Source: Polyangiaceae bacterium (lineage in GTDB: Bacteria > Myxococcota_A > Polyangia > Polyangiales > Polyangiaceae). From it: a stretch of 64,000 bases of DNA. The notes beneath the pieces are model-generated. The model searched no databases, had not been told where the DNA came from, and was given only the letters and a program-made list of their open reading frames with translations. Position 1 is the stretch's first letter, and each line of letters starts with the position of its first letter. Positions 11,272-20,941 of this stretch are shown here, one piece after another. The stretch spans positions 32,001 to 96,000 of the forward strand of contig JBILLK010000028.1 of the NCBI GenBank assembly GCA_044376115.1, given 5' to 3'. A program made the position numbers and the translations under genes.

Positions 11272-12185
11272 GCGGCCTCGCCTCCCGCAAAGCGCGTGAG
11301 CCCTCGCCGCGGATCTTCCACCAATACAGCTTGGAATGGCTGCAAAAAGTCCGAACTTTGGCGCGGAGCAGCCGACGCAAGGAAGACGCTGGCCACGCCT
11401 GGATCGTAAAAGCGGAAGTAGAGCTTCTCGCCGGTGTCATCGCTGAGGACGACCAGAAAGCGACGTAGATGACGCCGCGCAGCGTCCAAATCATCGGCGC
11501 GGCTAGCGACGAAGATGCCCCAGCGGGAGCCGTAGCCTTCGAGCAGCAACGCCTCGAGCAAAGCCGAGTCCTCACGCAGCGGCCCGACGATCAGCGGGGC
11601 GACCTCGCTCATCGATTCACCGCGCGCTCCGTCGAAAAGGCTGCGCGACACCTCGACGTTCTCGCGCAAGAGCTGCTGAATGCGCCGACTGCGCGCGCCA
11701 TCGAGCACGGCGTAGAGGCGCGCGCTGCGAGCTTCGGCGCGCAGCTCAGACAAGGCTTGATCGCGAGCGGCCTGCAGCGCCGCACGTTGCTGCTCGTGCC
11801 GCTTGGCGAGCGCCGGATCGATCGGCTCCGCTTCGTCTTCCTCCTCGGCATCGAGGACAGCGACCTTCGGCTTGCGCACGCCGCCTTCGACGTGCACCAA
11901 GAGGTCCGTCTGCCCCGCGCGAATCCAACTACCGTGGGGCACCGGCGCTTGCGTCACAAGCTGGCCTTGCAGCCGCGTTCCCCCGCTCGAGCCGAGATCC
12001 GTCAGCTCGCAGGCGCCTTCCTCCCAACGGAGCTTGAAGTGCTTGGCGGCGAGCTCGCGATCGTTCGAAAAGGCCAGATCGCAAAGATCACTGCGGCCGA
12101 CCACCAACTCGGCGCCCGCTTCGATCAGGGCCTTGCGTCCTTGCGCAGGGCCAAAACGAACCTCAACGATCAGCCGCGCAGCCAC
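11265..12185 (-). CDS. FHA domain + DUF4123 (Tap-1/TEC) effector adaptor
   Basis: FHA: VGRS, HF.L, DLGSSGGT; DUF4123: LYAVLDGAR, WGIF, HLRRFL, YFRFYDPGV. Confidence 0.88.
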   Translation of the reverse strand: MAARLIVEVRFGPAQGRKALIEAGAELVVGRSDLCDLAFSNDRELAAKHFKLRWEEGACELTDLGSSGGTRLQGQLVTQAPVPHGSWIRAGQTDLLVHVEGGVRKPKVAVLDAEEEDEAEPIDPALAKRHEQQRAALQAARDQALSELRAEARSARLYAVLDGARSRRIQQLLRENVEVSRSLFDGARGESMSEVAPLIVGPLREDSALLEALLLEGYGSRWGIFVASRADDLDAARRHLRRFLVVLSDDTGEKLYFRFYDPGVASVFLASAAPRQSSDFLQPFQAVLVEDPRRGLTRFAGGEAAC

Positions 12186-12190
12186 GTCGC

Positions 12191-12580
12191 CTACTCCCCA
12201 CGCCTGGCTTTGCGCGACTCATCCTTCTCAACCTTGGCCGCACAATCTTCGACGAAGGGCTTGCTCGTGCGCAGCGCGTTGCTCTGCGGGTTGGAGCCGA
12301 TCACCACTGTGGGATCGCCCACCACCAAAACGCCGCCGTGCGTCGTCGCGTCTCCCACGCGGGCCGCGGGCTTGTCACCGATGAGCACGCTCGGTTCACC
12401 TTCGGCCACGGCATCGGGCGGACCGACGCACACCAACGAATCTCCAATCCGAGCAGCCGGCATGAAGCCGATCAGCACGGTAGTTTCACCCGCAGAGACC
12501 GGCCCCCCGACGTGCGGCTTGGGACCAGGCTCGACCTTCGGACAGGTATGAAGGTCCGAAATTCTAGCGGCTGCAGGCAT
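12191..12580 (-). CDS. PAAR domain protein with short C-terminal extension
   Basis: PAAAR/PAAR/PAAR repeats; HTCP..PHVGG metal-binding region; AGGAGG RBS. Confidence 0.95.
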   Translation of the reverse strand: MPAAARISDLHTCPKVEPGPKPHVGGPVSAGETTVLIGFMPAARIGDSLVCVGPPDAVAEGEPSVLIGDKPAARVGDATTHGGVLVVGDPTVVIGSNPQSNALRTSKPFVEDCAAKVEKDESRKARRGE

Positions 12581-12607
12581 GCGTTCCTCCTTGCTTGCTC
12601 GGCGATC

Positions 12608-14866
12608 TCATTGAGCCAACCCCGTCTCGGCGACGTTGTCCGGCGTGGGGCGCACCGGCTCTTCCACCACGGCCTCCACGGCCGCGTCCGGGGTCTGCGG
12701 ACTTGCGCCGCTGCCTGCTCCGGCCTCACCACCGCTGTTGATGCGCACCAGCGTGCCGCGAATGGTGATGCCCGAACCATCGATGCGGATGAAGCCACCG
12801 GGGCCTTTGATCGTCAGATCCTCGGCGGCCTCGATCACCAGCGCGCTGCCCGCCTGCACGTGCATGTCGTCCACCGCCTCGAGCGCGTAGCTCTTGCCCA
12901 CGACCTCGTGACGGCTCTTACCGACACTGAGCGATTGATCGCCAGTCACCCGCTCGCGGCGCTCCCCGAGGATGTCGAGGTGGCTATTGCCCACCACATG
13001 CTCGCGGCGCGATTGACCGATCACCACGTCTTCATCTTGGCCGGTGAAGCGGGTGACGTTGCCGAGCGTGCGCTCGATTTCATTGGCGCTCACCAGCTTG
13101 CGCAGCTCACCGCCGATCACCACAGTGCGCGTTTTGTCGGTGATCTCGACGCGACTGCCATGGGTCACCTCGATGCGATCCCCCGCCGTGGTCTCGGTCT
13201 CGTCACCGAGCACGAGCTTCTGACGGTCATTGCCGACCGTGATCGTCTCATCGTTTTTCACCAGCTTGCGCAGGTTTTTCTCGGCCTGGACGTAGACAAG
13301 CTCCTTGCCCTTGAGGTCCTCGAACATCAGCTCGTTGAAGCCGTTGGACCCCTTCGACGAGTCGCTCTTCCAGGTGGAGCGGGTCTTGTGCTCTGGCAGT
13401 TTGTAGGGGACCGTCTGCAGCGCATTGAAGGTGCGCCCAACGATCATCGGCGCGTCTGGGTTGCCGCCCAAGAAGGCCACCAACACCTCGTGCCCGATGC
13501 GCGGCAAGACGATCATGCCGTAACCGGTACCCGCCCAACCTTGACTCACCCGCACCCAACAGGAGCTGCGCTCGTCATGACGACCCTCGCGATCCCAGGG
13601 GAATTGCACGCGTACCCGACCAAACTCGTCGGTGTGGATCTCCTCGCCCGCCGGCCCAACCACCACCGCCGACTGCACGCCCAGCACGCGCGGCAGCGGC
13701 GTCTTACGCAGCGGCCGAAAGCTCGCGCTGGTGAACATCGCCTGTCCAACCATGCTCCATTCGTCGTCGACGTCCCCCTCGAGCCCGAACTCGGTCACGA
13801 GCAGTGCGCCGCCCTCGGCGATCTCGTGATGCGGATGACCATCGATGCGAAACACTGTCCCTGGCGTGAGATCGATCGCGTTCGTGGCGAAGCTAACAGT
13901 ACGCCGATCCATGCGCAGCGACTCCAGCCGCTGCTGGGCGGCGTGATCGATCCAGCGCTGCTCGTGACGCGCCACACCGCGATCATCCGCTACCGGGGTA
14001 TCGTGGGGAGCTGCGCCCTCACGCAGCGCTACCGCCGGCTCGTAGGAGAACTGCTCGTAGCTAGCCTCCGGCGGGCCAGCCTGGGTTGCACGGCCATAAA
14101 GCGGATAGACGGGCTTGCGAAAGTCGTAGTCGCGCACCGTGACGGTGCCCGGCCGCACGGCGTGCGAGAGCTTGACCTTGGTGACGTGCTGGAAGGCGCC
14201 GCCGCCGGCAGCTGCGAGTTCAGGCGCTGCGTTCGCGTTCTCGACGTAGGTGAGCGCGCCAGCCGAACGCGGTGCACGCTGCTCGAGCGTGTCCGAGAGT
14301 ACGAGCCGGGTTTGGCCTTCGTGCTCTGCGAAGCTGAAGGCGACGCCGGCATCCTCGAGCAAGCGCGAGATGAACTGGAAGTCGCTCTCGCCGTATTGCA
14401 CCTTGAACTCGAGCTCGGGGTACTGCTCCCGAGCGAGCTCCCAAACATGCGGCACCGACCACTCCCCGAGGATCTGCGTAACGATCGCCGGGATCGATAG
14501 GTGCTGGAAGATGCGGCTATTGCGTCGATGGCTGAGCAGCCAAACCGCAGGGGCGAACTGCACGCGGTAGCTGCTGACCTCGTTGCTCGCGGCGCGTGAG
14601 CCCAGCGCATGCACCTGCTCGATCGAGCTGACCACACCGGTCCACAGCCGCTCGATCGGCAAGAGCGCCCGCGCCAAGGAGGCTTCACCACCGCTCGCAA
14701 GTCGGAAGGAGCCCGCGTTGCCGACGATCTGCTCCAGGTCGAGTTGCGGATCCGCGCACGTGACCATCAACTCGATGGCAAAAAGCTCCGAGAGCGCCTC
14801 CCGAACACGAAACCGCTGAACCTCGAGCTGCGCTCCGTTTGCGACGATGAACTCTGAAAGGGCCAT
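12608..14866 (-). CDS. vgrG: Type VI secretion spike protein VgrG (copy 1)
   Basis: REALSELF, VQYGESDFQFISRLLE, EIHTDEFGRVRVQFPWDR, PRIGHEVLVAFLGGNPD; GGGAG RBS before ATG 14866. Confidence 0.96.
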   Translation of the reverse strand: MALSEFIVANGAQLEVQRFRVREALSELFAIELMVTCADPQLDLEQIVGNAGSFRLASGGEASLARALLPIERLWTGVVSSIEQVHALGSRAASNEVSSYRVQFAPAVWLLSHRRNSRIFQHLSIPAIVTQILGEWSVPHVWELAREQYPELEFKVQYGESDFQFISRLLEDAGVAFSFAEHEGQTRLVLSDTLEQRAPRSAGALTYVENANAAPELAAAGGGAFQHVTKVKLSHAVRPGTVTVRDYDFRKPVYPLYGRATQAGPPEASYEQFSYEPAVALREGAAPHDTPVADDRGVARHEQRWIDHAAQQRLESLRMDRRTVSFATNAIDLTPGTVFRIDGHPHHEIAEGGALLVTEFGLEGDVDDEWSMVGQAMFTSASFRPLRKTPLPRVLGVQSAVVVGPAGEEIHTDEFGRVRVQFPWDREGRHDERSSCWVRVSQGWAGTGYGMIVLPRIGHEVLVAFLGGNPDAPMIVGRTFNALQTVPYKLPEHKTRSTWKSDSSKGSNGFNELMFEDLKGKELVYVQAEKNLRKLVKNDETITVGNDRQKLVLGDETETTAGDRIEVTHGSRVEITDKTRTVVIGGELRKLVSANEIERTLGNVTRFTGQDEDVVIGQSRREHVVGNSHLDILGERRERVTGDQSLSVGKSRHEVVGKSYALEAVDDMHVQAGSALVIEAAEDLTIKGPGGFIRIDGSGITIRGTLVRINSGGEAGAGSGASPQTPDAAVEAVVEEPVRPTPDNVAETGLAQ

Positions 14867-14957
14867 GCGCACTCCCGTCGAGCGTGGCGCTCGAGCTGCG
14901 CAATGCTACGGAAGTGCTGGGCTTTTGGGTAGGGAATGCTTGTCCCGAAAGAGCGGC

Positions 14958-15596
14958 TCAGAAGGCTTCGTAGCCAATGCTCGCGGTGGGCGAGAGCAAG
15001 ACGTAGCCCTCTAGGAAAAACATGCGAACGTCGGCGGAGAGCATCAGGCCTTTGCGGCGCACCCCGTCTTCTCCGTAGCCCATCAGCGGGTAGCCGCCCG
15101 CGCGCAGGTGGAGTTCACCAGCGAGCGGATTGTTCAAAATCGCGAAACCACCGCCCGCGCCGACGAAGATCTGGTCGAGGAAGGTGAAGTCAACCACGAC
15201 GCTTGCTCCCGCAAGACCACCAATCCCTCCAATACCGCCAAGATCGCCGCCGTAAACTCCAACCTGCGGCTGGGCATACACACCGATCAGGTCGTTGATC
15301 TGTACGCCTACGCGGCCGTCGAAACCGCCAATGCCCATCGTGTAGTTTTCGAGAAAGAGACCGCCGCCGCCGCCGGAGACGCCACCACGAAAGCGCACTC
15401 CGTCCTCGTCTACCTCTTCTTCCTCAGGGATTTCGGCGCGACGTGCTTTTGCAGGAGCCTCTGCTGAAGCGGGTGCTCCAGTGGCCGGCGGTTCAGCGGC
15501 CGGCGCTACAGCTTCATCGGCCTGGGCGCTGTTTGCGGCCAAAAGCACTGCACCCGTACAAACCAGACCCAACAGCCCAAGCGCTCGATTGCTCAT
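14958..15596 (-). CDS. Secreted hypothetical protein, possible outer-membrane beta-barrel
   Basis: Signal peptide (AQA), Gly-rich amphipathic strands, C-terminal GYEAF; GGAGG RBS. Confidence 0.7.
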   Translation of the reverse strand: MSNRALGLLGLVCTGAVLLAANSAQADEAVAPAAEPPATGAPASAEAPAKARRAEIPEEEEVDEDGVRFRGGVSGGGGGLFLENYTMGIGGFDGRVGVQINDLIGVYAQPQVGVYGGDLGGIGGIGGLAGASVVVDFTFLDQIFVGAGGGFAILNNPLAGELHLRAGGYPLMGYGEDGVRRKGLMLSADVRMFFLEGYVLLSPTASIGYEAF

Positions 15597-15815
15597 GATT
15601 CCTCCAAGTTAGAAAGTTGAAGGGTGCTACGGGTGCCGCCGCGGAAGCTGTCCCGGCCAGCACGAATCCGGCGTTGCGCGGTCGCTGCGATATGTTCACG
15701 TCGTGAAGCGCATTAACCCGATCGAAGCGATCGAGCTGCCCCATTGGGGTGAAGGCAGGATCCGCGTTCGCTTCGCTAGTGGTGAATCCACCTTGGTGCA
15801 CGATATTCTGCCGAG

Positions 15816-16595
15816 GTGAGAACGATAACGGCGAGCAGCTCGGGCGCGCTGGACCGAGCTTCGTTGGTTGGGCAGTTAAAGTCGTTGGGGATTACGCCGG
15901 GGCAGACGCTGATGGTGCATACGAGCATGCGCAAAGTCGGGCCCGTAGCCGATGGCGCAGCTGGGATGCTCGCAGCGCTGTTCGAAGCGTTGGGCCCCTC
16001 GGGCAACCTACTCATGGTGCTCTCCGGGTTGGACGAGCCCTTCGACTACCTGCGAACCCCGGTGGATACCGAGGATATGGGCGTCCTACCCGAGGTGTTT
16101 CGCACCACCGCGGGCGTCCTCGTCAATGACCATGCGGCGGATCGCTTTGCGGCCTACGGACCGAGGGCGAGCTGGCTGCTCAACCCAACACCGCTGCATC
16201 ACTATCACGGAAAGGGCTCGGTGCTTGAACGGCTCGTCGAATGCGGCGGCAAGGTACTTCGGCTTGGCGCCTTCCCCGACACGGTCACGCTTACGCACTA
16301 CGCTGAATACCTATGCAGCATCCCGGCCAAACACTACGTGCGCCGAAGGTATGTGCGCGCCGACATCGGCGAGCAGTGGATTGACAGCCTCGACGACACC
16401 GACGGCATCGCCGTATGGTCCAAGGGCGACTACTTCCCTCAGATCTTTCTCGACTATCGCGATACCGGCGCAGTCAGTCTCGGCCCGGTGGGAGCGTGCA
16501 CCGCAGAGCTCTTCGACGCGAGCGCCTTCACCGACTTCGCCGTCACCTGGATGGATCAGCACCTCGTCGGCGAGGAGCGCATTGACCGTTACTGA
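15816..16595 (+). CDS. Aminoglycoside N(3)-acetyltransferase family protein
   Basis: LGITPGQTLMVHTSMRKVG, GKVLRLGA, TLTHYAEY, VGACTAELFDA motifs. Confidence 0.88.
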   Translation: MRTITASSSGALDRASLVGQLKSLGITPGQTLMVHTSMRKVGPVADGAAGMLAALFEALGPSGNLLMVLSGLDEPFDYLRTPVDTEDMGVLPEVFRTTAGVLVNDHAADRFAAYGPRASWLLNPTPLHHYHGKGSVLERLVECGGKVLRLGAFPDTVTLTHYAEYLCSIPAKHYVRRRYVRADIGEQWIDSLDDTDGIAVWSKGDYFPQIFLDYRDTGAVSLGPVGACTAELFDASAFTDFAVTWMDQHLVGEERIDRY

Positions 16596-16600
16596 CGGCG

Positions 16601-17347
16601 TTACTCGTCGTCGGTGTGCGGCGCTGGCGTGAGGTTGAGGCGCCTCACGATGAACGCGTGAATCGCATACACGACGGGGGTGAGGAGCACGGCGACCGCG
16701 ACCTTGATGATGTACTCGCGCAGGATCTTGGCGGCGATCCAGCCAGCGGTTTTGTCCGCCACACCGCCCCAAAAGATCGTGTTGATGACCGCCGTGTCCA
16801 CCAGCTGCGAGATCAACGTGGAGCCGGTAGCACGCAGCCACAGGTGATTGCCCTTGGTCATTCGCTTCCAAAAGTGGAAGACCTGGATATCCAGAATTTG
16901 GCCGAGCAAGTAGGCGACGATCGAGGCGATGAAGAGCTTGGAGCTACCGCCGAAGATCTTGGCGTACTCGCCTTCGAGGAAGTAGCTCTCGGGATCGGTG
17001 GGTAACGCAGTGGTGATGACCAAAGCGATGTATGCCAGCGTTGCCATGCCGGCGCCTACCCCAGTGATGAAGCGTGCGCCGCGCTTGCCGTAGAAGTCGT
17101 TGATCACGTCGGTGAGCAGAAAGGTCACCGGGAAAAGCACCATGCCCACGCTCACCGGCCCAACCGGGCTGGCGAACGCCTTACCGCCCGTTACGTCACC
17201 GAGCACGAGGCAGGTGACGAAGATCCCCGTGAGTACGACGTACAGCAGCACCTCGGTGGAAAGCACCCGATTGACGTCGGACGGCCCGACACTGCGCATC
17301 GTTCGTTCGGTGGCGCTGGGTGTGGTGGGCTTGGACGGGGATTCCAC
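16601..17347 (-). CDS. Queuosine precursor transporter (YhhQ/VUT family)
   Basis: FPVTFLLTDVINDFYGK, ASIVAYLLGQILD, LWLRATGSTLISQLVDT; multiple TM helices. Confidence 0.92.
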   Translation of the reverse strand: MESPSKPTTPSATERTMRSVGPSDVNRVLSTEVLLYVVLTGIFVTCLVLGDVTGGKAFASPVGPVSVGMVLFPVTFLLTDVINDFYGKRGARFITGVGAGMATLAYIALVITTALPTDPESYFLEGEYAKIFGGSSKLFIASIVAYLLGQILDIQVFHFWKRMTKGNHLWLRATGSTLISQLVDTAVINTIFWGGVADKTAGWIAAKILREYIIKVAVAVLLTPVVYAIHAFIVRRLNLTPAPHTDDE

Positions 17348-17477
17348 CGCCCGTTTCTACCAGAGATCGTCGGAGGTGCAGCCCTAGAGGGCTGCAGTCG
17401 CAGGGTCTGGGCCTAGGAAGACATTTTGCTTACGAACGGCTTGACCGAGACCATGCCGTTCTGCCATGTTGCGCGGC

Positions 17478-17567
17478 GGAGAGGTGTCCGAGTGGCCGAA
17501 GGAGCCTGATTCGAAATCAGGTGTACCCTCACGGGTACCGCGGGTTCGAATCCCGCTCTCTCCGCCA
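17478..17567 (+). tRNA. tRNA-Ser (anticodon CGA), CCA encoded
   Basis: GGAGAGG/TCTCTCC acceptor stem, CCTGA-TT CGA AA-TCAGG anticodon arm, long variable arm, GGTTCGAATCC T-loop. Confidence 0.97.
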
Positions 17568-17667
17568 GATGTCCGAAGCAAGTAGGCGCACTCGTCAAAC
17601 GGTGCGTCGCTTCTACTTGCTGGCTGGTCGCCGTCGTGCGATTCGGGCGGTGTTACGTGCAGCACCT

Positions 17668-17754
17668 GGAGAGGTGACCGAGTGGTCGAAGGTGCATGAT
17701 TGGAAATCATGTGAACCGGCAACGGTTCCGCGGGTTCGAATCCCGCCCTCTCCG
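17668..17754 (+). tRNA. tRNA-Ser (anticodon GGA), CCA not encoded
   Basis: GGAGAGG/CCTCTCC acceptor stem, CATGA-TT GGA AA-TCATG anticodon arm, long variable arm, T-loop. Confidence 0.97.
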
Positions 17755-17791
17755 CAAATAACCCCGGCTGAGCCAACCAAGCGGAGGCCCT

Positions 17792-18262
17792 TCAACGGAC
17801 GCGCTCGAAGGTGAGTTCACCCTTCTCCGGGTCTTCCATCACCAGGACGCCTTCCTCCAGCCGAACCTGCAGCTTCTTGTCGGCGCTGGTGATGTAGAAG
17901 CGTCCGTCGCCCAGCGACTTGATCTCGCAGGCCGCGTCGATCAGCACCGTCTCGCCGATCAAGGAGCGGAAGCGGCTGTCCTCGGTAAACTCGACGACCG
18001 AGGCCTCGGCCTCTTCATTCACCTCACGCTTGGCCTGCTCGAGTTCGGCGCCGCTGAACTTCTTGGCGAGCTCGGCGTAGATGGTTTCGCGACGAGCCTC
18101 GTTGAGAACGAAGCGATAACGACCCGTGAGCGACTCGTTGGTCTTCATGGTCGCAACCTCTTGGTCGAGCGTTTCGGGGGCTTCATGGGTGCAGCCAACG
18201 ATGAGTGCGGCGTTGAGAACGAGAACAACGTTGAGAACGAGGGCGGCGCTGAATCGGTTCAT
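17792..18262 (-). CDS. Hypothetical lipoprotein
   Basis: LIVGC lipobox; AGGAG RBS; sigma54-type promoter upstream. Confidence 0.8.
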   Translation of the reverse strand: MNRFSAALVLNVVLVLNAALIVGCTHEAPETLDQEVATMKTNESLTGRYRFVLNEARRETIYAELAKKFSGAELEQAKREVNEEAEASVVEFTEDSRFRSLIGETVLIDAACEIKSLGDGRFYITSADKKLQVRLEEGVLVMEDPEKGELTFERVR

Positions 18263-18319
18263 GGTGGGCTCCTGGTCCTGACACCGGAAGTGGTGCTTGC
18301 TTGGACTTGTTTCGGTCTA

Positions 18320-18335
18320 AGCAGCGCGTGTGCCA
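18320..18335 (-). promoter_or_regulatory. Putative sigma54 -24/-12 promoter
   Basis: TGGCACACGCGCTGCT on the minus strand (GG-N10-GC), about 58 nt upstream of ATG 18262. Confidence 0.65.
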
Positions 18336-18549
18336 GCGCCAAACCGCGGAGAATCAGCGCTCGTTTCGCTCATTCGCACAGCACTGGCCGGAATCACGGA
18401 CACGCCCGGCCGGCCAGCGTCCGGCGCAGCGGACAGCACCATGGGTGCTGGGAACGACTCCACGGCGGTAACAACACAACCTCTCGTATGGGCCAGCTTT
18501 TGCACCAGCGGCGCGGACACTAGCAACCCAACAACGAGGTCACCCAATC

Positions 18550-19245
18550 ATGCGACACAACTTACTCCCGTCTCTGATTCTCATCGCCTCCTGCATCGAC
18601 TTCAGCGCCAGCCTCGAAGACCTAGAGACCGCCTCAGCCGAACTCAACGGCAACTCGGCCATCCTTGGCCCGGGCGCGATCACCGAGTTCGCTTCCTCCA
18701 ACTCTTCGCTCAACCACAAGAACGTGGACGAGGCCGACTGCAATGGCAACGTCGACTACAACGTCGTGAGCAAAGGGGTAGGCGCCGTCGACACCTACGA
18801 GGTAGACATCTCAAACGTTCCCGTCGGCGCGATCATCCGAGAGATCCGCGTCACCCCGTGCGCCTCCCGGGATGTGGTCTTGGGCAGCACAGGGCCAACG
18901 TTTGAGGTCTTTTCCCGCTGGGACGGAATAGAGCGGCGCGTTTCCAAACCGTGGACGTTGCCGCAGCAGTCCGCGCCCGTTCCCGTCCCCCTCCAAGCCT
19001 GGGACCTGCCAGCAGCCTCGCTCAAAGAGTCCGACAGTAGGCTTGAAGTCGGCGTGCGCGTGCTTACGAATCCGCTGGATCAGGGCATGCGCTTGAGTCA
19101 GCTCGCGATCACTCTCATTTACGTAGAACCGAGCTCCGAGTTTGGTGGATTCGGCCCGGGGGAACCAAGCAACTGCGAGGACGACCGCGTTTGCGAGCCC
19201 GTCGAAGGCTGTGGTTGCCGAGATTGCAAAGGGCGTTGTTGGTAG
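18550..19245 (+). CDS. Hypothetical lipoprotein with Cys-rich C-terminal tail
   Basis: LIASC lipobox; GAGG RBS; C-terminal CEDDRVCEPVEGCGCRDCKGRC. Confidence 0.7.
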   Translation: MRHNLLPSLILIASCIDFSASLEDLETASAELNGNSAILGPGAITEFASSNSSLNHKNVDEADCNGNVDYNVVSKGVGAVDTYEVDISNVPVGAIIREIRVTPCASRDVVLGSTGPTFEVFSRWDGIERRVSKPWTLPQQSAPVPVPLQAWDLPAASLKESDSRLEVGVRVLTNPLDQGMRLSQLAITLIYVEPSSEFGGFGPGEPSNCEDDRVCEPVEGCGCRDCKGRCW

Positions 19246-19249
19246 CTCG

Positions 19250-20896
19250 TTACGGCGTAGCCAGTGCCGCGGCCGCCTGATCGGCGACGCGCTTGGACCC
19301 ATCCTTCGACTGGATGGTGAGAGCGCGGCCCGAGGCAGGGTCTTGCAAGGTGCGCATCCCTGGCAGGTCTCGCGGGATGGTCATCGTGGGGCCGAAATGC
19401 AGCGTAAATCCTTTCGATCCTGATCCTGGGCCTGAGAAGACCAAGGTTCCGGCGCTACCGACCATGTGCTGGGTCACACAGACGTAGCCAGCGTTCTCAG
19501 CGCGACGCACCGCCTCCTCGAGCGTGAGACCGCTGGCGCTCCAGCTGGCGATCTCCGGCGCGAGGGGTTTGCAGCCCTTGGGCCCGTTCGCCAAGATTCC
19601 GGTCACCATGGTGATGATCGCGCGGTCGATGTCGTCCTCGGTTTTGACCACCGAGCTAACCACGACGACCACCTCAGGCTTCGGCTTCTTGCGCTCACTC
19701 GGCGGGCTCAACAGCGCAACCAGCGCCACCCCGATGCCAACCAGCGCAAGCGCCCCGACCGCGAGCATGCCCCAAAGCAAGCCCTTCGATTTGGCTTCAC
19801 GCGGTAGCGTCTGCGAGGCGAACTGCGCCGAGACTTGGTAGCCAGCCGGCGGGGCAGCTGGCTGCTGCAACCCAGCGGAGCTCGCCGTGTGCGCGTGGCC
19901 CGCTTGCGCGTAACTCTGCGACGAGGCTTGTGGCAGGTACTGGGAAATCTGCCGCATCGCTGTTGAGTCGAGCACCACGCCGTGTTGCGGCGTCGGCCGG
20001 ATCACGTGCGCGGTTGGTCCAGTACCGAAGCTCTCCCGACTTTCTCGCTGACCAGCCAAGCTCTGCAACATCTCGAGCGCCGACGGAAAACGCTCTTCTT
20101 TGGGCTTGGCCGTGGCCCGCATGATGGTTGGGAAGAGCGGGTTCTCACGCACGAGGGCGGCGTGTGGGACAGGCTCCGGTGCGATCTGCTTGACGGCCAC
20201 CGCCATCGCTGTTGGTCCGCTAAACACCGGCTCTCCGGCGAGCATCTCGCTCATGAGCAAGCCCACCGCATACAAATCCGCGCGGCCATCCACAGGCAGA
20301 CCATGGACCTGCTCCGGCGACATATAGGCGGCCGTCCCTAACACCGTGCCGTCTTGCGTAAGCCCTTGCTGGTTGGCCTCCTGCGGCGTGACGGCGATGC
20401 CAAAGTCGAGCAACTTGACGAAGTCGCGCTCACCGGCGAAGTCACAGAGAAAGACGTTGGGTGGCTTGATGTCGCGGTGAACGATGCCGAGCGCGTGCGC
20501 CTCGGCCAAAGCCTTCAAGACCTGACCGGCGATGTGCGCCACACGAGCCGACGACATCGGCCCAGTGCGCAAAAGCTCGTCCTCGAGCGAGCGGCCTTGC
20601 AGGTGCTCCCACACGATGAACACCTGACCGCTCTCGGTTTGGCCAAAGTCGAAAAGACGCACGATGTTGGGATGGTTCAGCCGCTGGGCCAAACGTGCTT
20701 CGCGCTCGAAGCGCTCCTTGGACCCGGGCTTCGTCATCACGCCCGGGTGCAGCATCTTCAGGGCCACCTGCCGACCGAGGTTGAGCTGTATGGCCGAAAA
20801 GACCGTGCCGTAGCCACCGGCGCCTAGCACCCCCGTGAGCTGAAAACGCCCCGCCACCGTCGTCCCCAGCGACAGTCCGGTAGGCACGTTCATCAC
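19250..20896 (-). CDS. Membrane Ser/Thr protein kinase
   Basis: GAGGYG, VALK, HRDIKPPN, DFG, GTAAYMSPEQ; TM helix and C-terminal extracellular domain. Confidence 0.93.
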   Translation of the reverse strand: MMNVPTGLSLGTTVAGRFQLTGVLGAGGYGTVFSAIQLNLGRQVALKMLHPGVMTKPGSKERFEREARLAQRLNHPNIVRLFDFGQTESGQVFIVWEHLQGRSLEDELLRTGPMSSARVAHIAGQVLKALAEAHALGIVHRDIKPPNVFLCDFAGERDFVKLLDFGIAVTPQEANQQGLTQDGTVLGTAAYMSPEQVHGLPVDGRADLYAVGLLMSEMLAGEPVFSGPTAMAVAVKQIAPEPVPHAALVRENPLFPTIMRATAKPKEERFPSALEMLQSLAGQRESRESFGTGPTAHVIRPTPQHGVVLDSTAMRQISQYLPQASSQSYAQAGHAHTASSAGLQQPAAPPAGYQVSAQFASQTLPREAKSKGLLWGMLAVGALALVGIGVALVALLSPPSERKKPKPEVVVVVSSVVKTEDDIDRAIITMVTGILANGPKGCKPLAPEIASWSASGLTLEEAVRRAENAGYVCVTQHMVGSAGTLVFSGPGSGSKGFTLHFGPTMTIPRDLPGMRTLQDPASGRALTIQSKDGSKRVADQAAAALATP

Positions 20897-20941
20897 GCGA
20901 GCGAGCTTATCACCAGACATCACCGCGGCTACGCTGCGTGC

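Noticed and set aside
4821..14866. Complete T6SS, eCIS or prophage tail locus
   Set aside because: No sheath, tube, baseplate, ATPase or phage genes in the window
17348..17477. preQ1 riboswitch upstream of the queuosine transporter
   Set aside because: No preQ1 stem with an A-rich tail is visible; the region looks like divergent promoters
17478..17754. tRNA-Sec serving the nearby selenoprotein
   Set aside because: Anticodons are CGA and GGA with 7-bp acceptor stems, so both are ordinary tRNA-Ser
17320..17814. ORFs overlapping the tRNA genes
   Set aside because: They are translations of tRNA sequence
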